Positions 1 to 8,252 of a DNA stretch of 40,893 bases are shown piece after piece; position 1 is the stretch's first letter, and each line of letters opens with the position of its first letter. The stretch comes from Minisyncoccota bacterium (GTDB lineage: Bacteria > Patescibacteriota > Minisyncoccia > Phycocordibacterales > GCA-2747955), in contig JAHDDI010000007.1 of assembly GCA_020629435.1 (NCBI GenBank), forward strand, positions 1 through 40,893. The letters are read 5' to 3'. The notes beneath the pieces were generated by a model. It was not told the DNA's origin and made no database searches. It saw nothing but the letters and a program-made list of their open reading frames with translations. A program made the position numbers and the translations under genes.

Positions 1-2
1 TA

Positions 3-329
3 GAAAAACACACTATCCCGTGGGTTCCTATAATTGGTCTCGGGTTAATTTCAGTGCTGCTGTCGGTGTCTGTGCTGTTGATGCAAATAAAAAAGTACCC
101 CAAAGATCTGGTTGGTCGTATTGAACAGGTAACACCTGACCACATGATTGTCAGTAACCAACGAGGGCGTCTGGTATCAGTAGATATCAGTGGTATCGAT
201 ACAGACAGTAACAATATGTCAGAATTACACACAGATAATTTTGTAAGAATCTCGGGACACAGAGCAGAAGGTGATTTTAATATGTTTATTGCAGAGAGTT
301 TGAGTGTTGTACATAAGAAAAGAAAATAA
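3..329 (+). CDS. Membrane-anchored hypothetical protein with a small C-terminal beta domain (OB-fold/DUF5666-like); 5' end lies outside the window
   Basis: The frame is open from position 3 (EKHTIPWVPIIGLGLISVLLSV...). It has a hydrophobic helix followed by a 'GRIEQV...FVRISG' beta pattern. The stop overlaps the next ATG. Confidence 0.6.
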   Translation, partial: EKHTIPWVPIIGLGLISVLLSVSVLLMQIKKYPKDLVGRIEQVTPDHMIVSNQRGRLVSVDISGIDTDSNNMSELHTDNFVRISGHRAEGDFNMFIAESLSVVHKKRK

Positions 330-919
330 TGACATATTCTGTTGTTAATTGGGTTCGACGAAATAAGAAAATTACACGCATATTGGGTGCAATCGCAATT
401 TTTATATTTATTTCTTTTACGGTTGCCCAGATTCCAACCAATACACTGGTTGATTGGATTGGTAGTGACAATGCATGGTTGTTGATGTTTGTATTGGGTG
501 CGATTGGGGGACTGTCCACCTTTGTAACAATCCCATATCATGTTGTTTTGATGTCGCTAGCCTCTGCAGGGATCAACCCAATTTTGCTGGGAACGGCAAC
601 AGCGTTAGGTGTCATGTTGGGTGACAGTGCTATGTTTTTGTTAAGTAAACAGATTAAAAAAGGTTTATCTGAAAAACACACCAAAAGAATAGACAGTCTT
701 GCGCATGTTGTTAAAAAGCATCCACGTTTGTTGACCCCAGGTCTGGTTGCGTACGGCATGTTTTCTCCGTTTTCAAACGATTTTATTGTAGCTGGACTGA
801 CACTGATGAATTTTAAATATCTACGCATTATAGTGCCGCTGGCGATGGGTAATATTGTATACAATATTGCATTAGCGTATTTTGGTTTATACATGTACCA
901 AACTATTTTCGGGGGATAA
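329..919 (+). CDS. DedA/VTT-family (SNARE-associated-like) membrane protein
   Basis: 196 aa with several TM helices, 'ALGVMLGDSAMFLL' and 'SPFSNDFIVAGLTLMNF' patterns typical of VTT/DedA proteins. Confidence 0.7.
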   Translation: MTYSVVNWVRRNKKITRILGAIAIFIFISFTVAQIPTNTLVDWIGSDNAWLLMFVLGAIGGLSTFVTIPYHVVLMSLASAGINPILLGTATALGVMLGDSAMFLLSKQIKKGLSEKHTKRIDSLAHVVKKHPRLLTPGLVAYGMFSPFSNDFIVAGLTLMNFKYLRIIVPLAMGNIVYNIALAYFGLYMYQTIFGG

Positions 920-923
920 TTAT

Positions 924-932
924 TGATATACT
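924..932 (+). promoter_or_regulatory. Extended -10 promoter (TGaTATACT), leaderless geometry
   Basis: Hexamer 927-932 followed by 6 nt and then the ATG at 939. Confidence 0.65.
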
Positions 933-938
933 ATTGCA

Positions 939-2447
939 ATGAATTATCTTTTAAAATTGTTAGACGGAACCACAATGTACCGAACGGTAATATATACGCT
1001 ATTGGTATATGTTCTCTGTGCTTTTGTCGGGTCATATATGGGGCAGATATATTTTTCAGTTACAGAAATGTTTGTCTCATTGTTTGTATTAACAACCGCG
1101 TCAATGGTGGCACACTATGTACTCAGTACAATATTTGCAGCGCCCGCCAATCGGGAATCAACATTTATTACTGTTTTGATTTTGTTTTTTCTTTTTGACC
1201 CATCATTGCAAATAAAGAACCTGGGGTTGTTGGCATTGGTAGCGGTCATTGCTGTGGCCAGCAAATATATTTTGGCATGGAGAAAACTGCACATTATAAA
1301 CCCAGTAGTGATTGCGGCTGTTTGTGCGTCGTTGTTTGGGTTACTGTATGCAACCTGGTGGATAGCTAATCCATGGATGTTTATTCCGGTTGTAATAGGA
1401 GGGCTGGTTATCACCTATAAAATTAGGCGTTTTGCACTGGTTACCGCAACGATAATCGGTGGTTTGGCTGTGTTTGGGTTCTTGGGTCTGGTTACAGAAC
1501 AACTGAGCCTTGATATGTTACGTACTTTTTTGGTGGCGTGGCCGATTGTGTTCTTTGCAACGGTCATGGTGACAGAACCCTTGGCGACACCTGCAGGGAA
1601 ACACAACCATATTATGTACGGATTATTTGTAGGAGTATTGTCTAGTACGCCATTTATGTTTGGGCCACTGTATTCTTCACCAGAAATGGCGTTGTTGATA
1701 GGAAATATTGTGTTTTATTACACCACTATTCGTGGGCGACTGACACTATCGTTGATAGAAAGAAAACTAATTGCCAAAGACACATGGGAATTTACATTTA
1801 AACCAAACTTTCCAATATGGTTCAAGGCGGGACAGTATTTAGAATGGACTGTTCCACACAACAAAACAGACAAACGGGGAATACGAAGATACTTTACTAT
1901 TGCGTCTTCACCTACAGAGGATTCTGTTCGAGTGGGACTGAAATTACAAGAAAACGGAAGTTCCTTTAAAAAGAATTTATACGACATGCAAGTGGGGGAC
2001 AATATTTTTGCAACATCACTGGATGGAGATTTCACCTTGGTCAAAAACACAAAAAAACCTCTGGTGTTTATAGCTGGGGGAATTGGGGTGACTCCGTTTG
2101 CGTCTATGACCCAATACATGATCGATACAAAACAAAAACGAGACGTGACTATGTTTTACTGCAACAACACCCAAAGTGATATTGCATGGCAAAATTTGTG
2201 GGATACTGCGAATCAGTCTTTTGGAATGAACACCTACCATGTGTTAAATAAACCCGAAGATAAGTGGGACGGGTTTCGAGGTTACATAAGCGCACAGATA
2301 ATTCAAGATTCAAATATTGATATCCAGCAGTCACAATTTTATATTTCTGGTCCACCTGTTATGGTTTCTGCATGTAAAAAGATGTTACTAAGTGTTGGCG
2401 TGTCTCGAAAAAATATTACAACAGATTTTTTCCCCGGGCTTGCATAG
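939..2447 (+). CDS. NqrB/RnfD-like membrane domain fused to an FNR-type FAD/NAD(P)-binding oxidoreductase
   Basis: N-terminal multi-TM region with 'HIINP' and 'VMVTEPLATP' (compare NqrB/RnfD MATDPVT). C-terminal FNR motifs RRYFTIASSP, GDFTL, FIAGGIGVTPF and YISGPPVMV. Confidence 0.85.
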   Translation: MNYLLKLLDGTTMYRTVIYTLLVYVLCAFVGSYMGQIYFSVTEMFVSLFVLTTASMVAHYVLSTIFAAPANRESTFITVLILFFLFDPSLQIKNLGLLALVAVIAVASKYILAWRKLHIINPVVIAAVCASLFGLLYATWWIANPWMFIPVVIGGLVITYKIRRFALVTATIIGGLAVFGFLGLVTEQLSLDMLRTFLVAWPIVFFATVMVTEPLATPAGKHNHIMYGLFVGVLSSTPFMFGPLYSSPEMALLIGNIVFYYTTIRGRLTLSLIERKLIAKDTWEFTFKPNFPIWFKAGQYLEWTVPHNKTDKRGIRRYFTIASSPTEDSVRVGLKLQENGSSFKKNLYDMQVGDNIFATSLDGDFTLVKNTKKPLVFIAGGIGVTPFASMTQYMIDTKQKRDVTMFYCNNTQSDIAWQNLWDTANQSFGMNTYHVLNKPEDKWDGFRGYISAQIIQDSNIDIQQSQFYISGPPVMVSACKKMLLSVGVSRKNITTDFFPGLA

Positions 2448-2517
2448 TGTTTATTTTTCATTGTGTAAGGGGCATTATATGCTATGATTTGAGCATTATT
2501 TTAATAAAATTTAAGTT

Positions 2518-2802
2518 ATGGATTACAAAAACATTTTGTTTATTGTTGCGGCAATTGCAATGGCAGTTACTGCATACGTATTAGTAGAAACTAAAACATA
2601 TGAAGTAGACGACGCTAGCACAGAATTGATTGAGACTGCAAACGTTAACACTGAAAACAACAGCACATCAACTGAATCTGATAGTACAGCTACTGGTACA
2701 GATGAAATGGCTACAGACACTGAAGTATTAGAGGGAGATGTTATGGAAGACGAAATGATGGAAGACGACATGGAAGATAACATGGAAAAAACAGAAGAAT
2801 AA
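2518..2802 (+). CDS. Small membrane-anchored acidic, Met-rich low-complexity protein
   Basis: N-terminal TM/signal helix, T/E/D-rich body, and a tail DVMEDEMMEDDMEDNMEKTEE. It has its own TGcTATGAT promoter (2480-2488) and a downstream terminator. Confidence 0.75.
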   Translation: MDYKNILFIVAAIAMAVTAYVLVETKTYEVDDASTELIETANVNTENNSTSTESDSTATGTDEMATDTEVLEGDVMEDEMMEDDMEDNMEKTEE

Positions 2803-2815
2803 TATATTCTTATTA

Positions 2816-2838
2816 CAAAGCACCTTTGGGTGTTTTTG
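2816..2838 (+). terminator. Intrinsic terminator, overlapping the next promoter TGtTATAAT (2837-2845)
   Basis: aaagcacc-tttg-ggtgtttt hairpin running into a U tract. Confidence 0.6.
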
Positions 2839-2877
2839 TTATAATACAGAGCATTATCTTGAAAATAGAAAAAATAT

Positions 2878-3453
2878 ATGAATAAAAAAATACTAATTAC
2901 TGTTATTTTTGCAGCACTAGCAGCGGTTGCGTCGTATCTTATTTTAACAAATGAGTCGACTGTGAATGCAAATGATGAACAGATTCAAGCTGCCGGAGAT
3001 ACAGAGTCAGTAAACAATGGCGCTGCTGACGAACCAGCAAATGAAGAAACAGACAATTCTGATGACAGTGGAACTTCAAATGAAGTGTCAACTGAAATAA
3101 GAGAAGAAGAAATAACAGAAAATGTTAATGATGTTGTGACTGCGCAACTTGATTACAAAGACGGGACGTACACCACAGAAGAAACTTATGCATTACCAAA
3201 TGGCGGATCACACCACATGGACATTACTATGGTTATCGAAAACGATACAGTAACAGATGTAAGGATGGTGTTTGACGGTGACGTGTCTGGAGGGTCAACA
3301 GCAATTCAAGAACGATTTACAACTGCTATGCAGCCTATGGTTGTTGGGGCAAACCTTGACTCGATTTCACTTTCTCGAACAGGGGGAGCGTCATTGACTA
3401 CAGCTGGATTTAACAAGGCACTAGCTGAAATTAAAGTTAAAGCACAGATATAA
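2878..3453 (+). CDS. Extracytoplasmic FMN-binding (flavinylated) protein
   Basis: Signal/TM anchor, acidic linker, then 'YKDGTYT...MDITMVIENDTVTDV' and a flavinylation-like motif 'LSRTGGASLTTAGF'. Its stop overlaps the apbE start. Confidence 0.8.
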   Translation: MNKKILITVIFAALAAVASYLILTNESTVNANDEQIQAAGDTESVNNGAADEPANEETDNSDDSGTSNEVSTEIREEEITENVNDVVTAQLDYKDGTYTTEETYALPNGGSHHMDITMVIENDTVTDVRMVFDGDVSGGSTAIQERFTTAMQPMVVGANLDSISLSRTGGASLTTAGFNKALAEIKVKAQI

Positions 3454-4259
3454 TGATATCTGTCGGTCCAATTGAAAAACTCGGTACCGTTTGGTGGTTC
3501 GAGTTTTTTGATTTACCTGAAGAAAAACTGCAAGAAGTAAGCAGTGAAATCACCAAGACAATGACACAGTTTGAGAATGATTATTCTCGATTTAAACCTG
3601 ATTCTGTATTGTCGCAGTTAAACAAAAATAAAATATACCTAAATCCGAATGCCGAATTTTTGGCAATGATACAGTGGGCGGTTGATGCATATGGCCAGAC
3701 ACAAGGGGTATTTAATATTGCGGTAGGTGACTATTTAGTAAAATCAGGATACGACCAAGACTATTCTTTTCAGTCACAAGAAACCATGCTCATACCACGA
3801 TTAGATAGTGTTCTGCAGTATGATCAAAAAACAATACGACTATTGCCTGACACGCAGATAGATTTTGGCGGATTGGGCAAGGGGTACTTGATAGACAAGT
3901 TAGCTGGAATACTGAAAGACCAATTTGGTCTGCAATATTATTTAATCAATGGTGGTGGTGACATGTATGTAACAAGTGACCACGGAGAACCAATAGAGAT
4001 TGGACTACAAGACCCAGAAACAAAACAGATTATCGGGAAGACCAAATTACATAATCAAGCATTTGCGTCTTCGTCTCCAATCTTGCGACAATGGGCCGAC
4101 CAACAGGGGGATTTGCATAGTCATTTGGTTGGTGATGGAGACAAACAAACAGTGTATCTGACTGCTCCCAATGCAACACATGCGGATATTTGGGCAACGA
4201 CTTTGGCGATTGATGGCGGCATCACTACGCCAAGTTCAATAGCAATTATTACCCAATAA
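3453..4259 (+). CDS. apbE: FAD:protein FMN transferase
   Basis: Motifs 'YSRFKPDSVLSQLN', 'IDFGGLGKGYLID', 'INGGGD' and 'ADIWATTL'. Confidence 0.9.
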   Translation: MISVGPIEKLGTVWWFEFFDLPEEKLQEVSSEITKTMTQFENDYSRFKPDSVLSQLNKNKIYLNPNAEFLAMIQWAVDAYGQTQGVFNIAVGDYLVKSGYDQDYSFQSQETMLIPRLDSVLQYDQKTIRLLPDTQIDFGGLGKGYLIDKLAGILKDQFGLQYYLINGGGDMYVTSDHGEPIEIGLQDPETKQIIGKTKLHNQAFASSSPILRQWADQQGDLHSHLVGDGDKQTVYLTAPNATHADIWATTLAIDGGITTPSSIAIITQ

Positions 4260-4315
4260 GTAAATATATTGGTATAGTATCTTTGAGTGTAAAATGAATC
4301 ACTGGGGAGGTGACA

Positions 4316-4852
4316 ATGCGTTATATCGATGGCTATCTAGTGATAGCAAAATTACAGAATATGATTCCATATCTTATGTACGGTGCGCCTGAGGTTGAAC
4401 ATAATGAGCCGACAGAGCAGTTCTTGCTCAATGGATTAAAGCCCCTGAATGATACTGAGCAGGTTAGTAGGGGTATGCGATTCTTAGAGGCAAATGATCA
4501 AGTAGAGTCGATAGGTGTTATGCAATTCAAGATGTCTCTTGCAGAGAGCATCGATGAAATTGATTCTCTGCCTCTACATGCCACCAGCGTGTTTGTGTCT
4601 CGTTTTGAGCAAGATGACTGGCAACACTACAAGATATTTGGACCCAGGAATCCAAAAAGCACGTTGGGATTTGATGGTCGATCTGAAATAACTTGTAACG
4701 GATTCGAACTATACGGTCCGGCGACAACCAATCCAAACAATAGATGTTTCTGGGATATGTCAGAACTTAAACGACAATCACGAGATGATAATGTATGGGT
4801 AGCAAGTTGGGAGCACAAATGGGTCCAAGTTGAGACACCAATCAAAACATGA
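4316..4852 (+). CDS. Hypothetical protein (start ATG 4316; GTG 4310 is an alternative)
   Basis: ORF of about 178 aa filling the gap, with GGAGG 5 nt before the ATG and TGgTATAGT at 4270-4278. No family recognised. Confidence 0.65.
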   Translation: MRYIDGYLVIAKLQNMIPYLMYGAPEVEHNEPTEQFLLNGLKPLNDTEQVSRGMRFLEANDQVESIGVMQFKMSLAESIDEIDSLPLHATSVFVSRFEQDDWQHYKIFGPRNPKSTLGFDGRSEITCNGFELYGPATTNPNNRCFWDMSELKRQSRDDNVWVASWEHKWVQVETPIKT

Positions 4853-4913
4853 AAAACACATGTGGAGGTTGGTGTTTTTCTCTTATCGTCATACCATGTT
4901 AAAGTAAGTTATT

Positions 4914-5732
4914 ATGGATATACAAACAATTATTGATTTTATTGGTACAAAAGCATTGGAATTGGCGCCGCAACTGGCTGGCGCACTACTAGTTTTGGTC
5001 TTGGGATGGATTGGAACTGGGTGGATAGTAAAGGCACTGAAGCGTTTGTTCAAAAGAACTGATTTTGACGAAGCGCTAGAGACATTTATTGTGAGTCTGA
5101 CAGGAATTGCGTTGAAAATTATTTTAATTGTTATTGTGGTCGGTATGTTGGGAGTACAAACCAGTTCACTGGTGGCGCTGTTGGGTGCAATGGGACTGGC
5201 AATTGGTTTGGCACTGCAGGGAAGCCTGTCGAACTTTGCTGGTGGTGTGTTGATACTTGTGTTCAAACCATTCAAGGTCGGTGATTTAATCCAAACAGAT
5301 TCGGGTTATAAAGGGACAGTGCAGGAGATTCAAATATTCAATACTATCTTAGTAAGTGCAACAAAAGAAACTATTGTGGTACCAAATGGTAATCTGTCTA
5401 ATAACCCATTGGTCAATATTACGGGTTCTCCAGAAATGGGCATCGAGTACACTTTTGGTATTGGCTACGAAGACGATATTGATACTGCAAAAGAAATAAT
5501 CAGAACTATTTTGGACGAAAATAAAAATATTTTGACCGACGCTGGATACAAATTAGGAGTCCGAGAATTGGCAGATAACAGCGTTAATTTTTATGTGCGT
5601 GCAACAGTGCTGGCAGATAATTATTGGGACGCATTGTTTGAAATAACGGAAACAGTTAAAAAGACATTTGATGCACAAGGAATTTCAATTCCATACCCAC
5701 AACGGGATGTTCATATTATCGAAAACAAATAG
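4914..5732 (+). CDS. mscS: Small-conductance mechanosensitive channel
   Basis: Three TM helices, 'GLAIGLALQGSLSNFAGG', 'KPFKVGD' and 'GISIPYPQRDVH'. Confidence 0.95.
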   Translation: MDIQTIIDFIGTKALELAPQLAGALLVLVLGWIGTGWIVKALKRLFKRTDFDEALETFIVSLTGIALKIILIVIVVGMLGVQTSSLVALLGAMGLAIGLALQGSLSNFAGGVLILVFKPFKVGDLIQTDSGYKGTVQEIQIFNTILVSATKETIVVPNGNLSNNPLVNITGSPEMGIEYTFGIGYEDDIDTAKEIIRTILDENKNILTDAGYKLGVRELADNSVNFYVRATVLADNYWDALFEITETVKKTFDAQGISIPYPQRDVHIIENK

Positions 5733-5736
5733 TTAC

Positions 5737-5770
5737 AACAAAAACCAGCGCCTGTGCTGGTTTTTGTTTT
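5737..5770 (+). terminator. Intrinsic terminator after mscS
   Basis: aacaaaaaccagc...gctggtttttgtt inverted repeat with a U tract. Confidence 0.85.
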
Positions 5771-5780
5771 AGACAAATTT

Positions 5781-5789
5781 TGTTATGAT
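5781..5789 (+). promoter_or_regulatory. Extended -10 promoter of the serS leader (TGtTATGAT)
   Basis: Lies directly after the mscS terminator and puts the start site at about 5795-5796. Confidence 0.7.
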
Positions 5790-5794
5790 TGTAG

Positions 5795-5960
5795 TTGTAT
5801 TTAACGACGTCCATTAGCACGGAAAGAGGATACAAGACAATTCAAAAGCGCCTTTTGTTTTAGAGACAAAAGGAAGTAGGGTGGCACCGCGTAACATGTA
5901 AATAGATACGTCCCTACAAAACCACAGTAATTTGTGGCTTTGTAGAGACGTTTTTAGTTT
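5795..5960 (+). ncRNA. T-box riboswitch (Ser) with antiterminator and terminator, atypically small
   Basis: T-box sequence AAGTAGGGTGGCACCGCG (5874-5891). Antiterminator helices 5876-5881/5912-5917 and 5889-5893/5907-5911 flank the UGGCACC bulge. A competing terminator 5908-5951 is followed by a U tract. It sits upstream of serS. Confidence 0.9.
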
Positions 5961-6010
5961 CTACAAAATACCGAATTTGGACTTCGGGATTAATAAATAA
6001 TTAAGACAAC

Positions 6011-7318
6011 ATGTTAGATATAAAATTTATTCGAGAGAATACAGAATTAGTACAGGACAGCGCGCAGAAGAAAAACAAAACAATCGACTTTGACCGTCTG
6101 TTTGATCTGGACGATACACGCAAGAAGTTACAGCAAGAAATTGACGCATTACGTAGTCAACAAAATACAGCATCTGGCGCAATCGCACAGGCCTCTGGTA
6201 CCGAAAGACAGTCAATGATTGACGAGGTGTCAAAGATAAAAAAAGAAATCCAGGATCTTGAGGAACAACATAAACCAGTCAAAGAAGAGTTCGAGGCGCT
6301 GATTTATACAATTCCCAATGTTATTGACCAGACAGTGCCAGTTGGTGCAGACGAAGATGAAAACAAGGTTATCAAGACCTGGGGGAATAAACCAGAGTTT
6401 GATTTCACGCCACAAGACCATATGAGTATTGCAAATAATCTGGACTTGGTTGATATTGAAAAAGCAGCTGAGGTTTCTGGTAGTCGTTTTGCCTACCTAA
6501 AGGGTGACCTGGTTATGATGCAAATGGCACTTATGCAAATGACATTCAATGCGCTGACAAACCGAGATGTTATTGCGTCAATCATCAAAGAACAAGGTAT
6601 TGATATTCCCGATACGCCGTTTGTGCCGATTATCCCACCAGTGATGATTCGTGACGAAGTACAAACAGCAATTCATCGGGTATTTGGAGACCAGACATAT
6701 CAGTTCAAGGAAGATGGATTAAACATGGTGGCCAGTGCAGAGCATACACTTGCGCCGTATCACATGAACGAAACAATTGATGCAGACAGGTTACCACTAC
6801 GATATGTAGGATATTCAACAGCGTTTCGTAAAGAAGCGGGAACATACGGAAAAGACATGGGGGGTATATTTCGTACACACCAGTTTGATAAAATTGAACT
6901 AGAGATTTTTTCAAATAAAGAAACAGGTGCAGATGAGCAAAAATTGATGGTTGGTATTCAAGAATACCTAACACAGCAATTAGGAATTCATTATCAATTA
7001 GTGCATGTGTGTACGGGTGATATGGGTGGTCCCGATTATAACCAGTTTGATATCGAATGTTGGTTACCGGGGCAAGATAAATTCCGCGAGACACATACAA
7101 GTGACTATATGACTGATTTCCAGACCAGAGGAATTAATTCTCGATACAAAGACGAAAATGGAACACACTATTTGCATACCAATGACGCGACCGCATTTGC
7201 AATAGGACGTATCCTGATTGCAATTCTAGAGAATTATCAAAATGCAGACGGTTCGGTGACAGTTCCGGATGTTTTGCAACCATACATGGGAGGAAGACAG
7301 GTAATAGAAAAAGTATAG
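6011..7318 (+). CDS. serS: Serine--tRNA ligase
   Basis: MLDIKFIREN start, coiled-coil arm, motif 2 'FRKEAGTYGKD..GIFRTHQFDKIE' and 'AILENYQNADGSV'. Confidence 0.97.
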   Translation: MLDIKFIRENTELVQDSAQKKNKTIDFDRLFDLDDTRKKLQQEIDALRSQQNTASGAIAQASGTERQSMIDEVSKIKKEIQDLEEQHKPVKEEFEALIYTIPNVIDQTVPVGADEDENKVIKTWGNKPEFDFTPQDHMSIANNLDLVDIEKAAEVSGSRFAYLKGDLVMMQMALMQMTFNALTNRDVIASIIKEQGIDIPDTPFVPIIPPVMIRDEVQTAIHRVFGDQTYQFKEDGLNMVASAEHTLAPYHMNETIDADRLPLRYVGYSTAFRKEAGTYGKDMGGIFRTHQFDKIELEIFSNKETGADEQKLMVGIQEYLTQQLGIHYQLVHVCTGDMGGPDYNQFDIECWLPGQDKFRETHTSDYMTDFQTRGINSRYKDENGTHYLHTNDATAFAIGRILIAILENYQNADGSVTVPDVLQPYMGGRQVIEKV

Positions 7319-7326
7319 ATGTATAG

Positions 7327-7354
7327 CAAAGAACGCAGAGATTGCGTTCTTTTG
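7327..7354 (+). terminator. Intrinsic terminator after serS, fused to the promoter TGtTATAAT (7353-7361)
   Basis: aaagaacgca-gagat-tgcgttcttt hairpin followed by tg-ttataat. Confidence 0.8.
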
Positions 7355-7372
7355 TTATAATCACAGTGTTAT

Positions 7373-8251
7373 ATGGCACAGAAAAAAGCAGTGCGGTCGC
7401 TTGCGTCCCGGTCTCGACCAAAGCCACGCATGACTGCAAAACAAAAACAACGCAAACGTAAATTAATGCGGGGCTACCTAGGTTTGTTTTTACTTGTCCT
7501 GTCAGTAGCCTGTGTTTTGTATTTGCTAAACCTGAGTCAATTTAGAATCGGTAGTGTATCTGTACAAAGCGGCCCATTGATTGATTCAGAGGCAGTAGAG
7601 CAACAGGTAGGGGATGATATCTATGGTTCGGCCCTTAAGGTTTTTCCAAAAGATTCTATATTTTGGTATGACAAAGAATTGATTGCAAACAAACTGCATG
7701 CTTTGTATCCAGAGATTGAATCACTGGAAATTAATTTGAAAAAATTTGATGTATTACACATCGATATTACTGAACGGGTAGTGCAGTATCAAATAAATAT
7801 CGATGGCGCACTGTTTGATCTAGATGCACAGTCAGTTGTATTTCAGGAAAGCACTGCGACAAACACACAACGTGTTTTTTATCCAAGTACTGCCACGTCA
7901 ACAACAGTATTGGGTCAGACCTTGATGGTACCTGAAGACTACATGAAGATGAATAATTTTTTGGATAGTCTGCAACAAAAAGGAATTGTTGTGTCACAAA
8001 TTTATTTACAAAATAAAATTCAAACTATATTGCAATTAGAAAATGGAACACGGGTGGTTATCCATCCTTCAGACAACACAGATGCAGTGATTGCGACACT
8101 CAACGACACCCTGACATATAAAGAATTTGGGTTTGACCGACTGTCAGGAGAATTTTCACAACCTGTTGAGTATATTAATTTGAGACATGGTAATAAATTA
8201 TTTTATTGTTATACCAATGACTCGTGTCAAAATAATTATCTAATTCCATAA
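7373..8251 (+). CDS. FtsQ/DivIB-like cell division protein
   Basis: Basic cytoplasmic N-terminus, one TM helix, a POTRA-like segment ('YPEIESLEI...IDITER') and a C-terminal 'EYINLRHGNKLFY'. Confidence 0.7.
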   Translation: MAQKKAVRSLASRSRPKPRMTAKQKQRKRKLMRGYLGLFLLVLSVACVLYLLNLSQFRIGSVSVQSGPLIDSEAVEQQVGDDIYGSALKVFPKDSIFWYDKELIANKLHALYPEIESLEINLKKFDVLHIDITERVVQYQINIDGALFDLDAQSVVFQESTATNTQRVFYPSTATSTTVLGQTLMVPEDYMKMNNFLDSLQQKGIVVSQIYLQNKIQTILQLENGTRVVIHPSDNTDAVIATLNDTLTYKEFGFDRLSGEFSQPVEYINLRHGNKLFYCYTNDSCQNNYLIP

Positions 8252-8252
8252 C

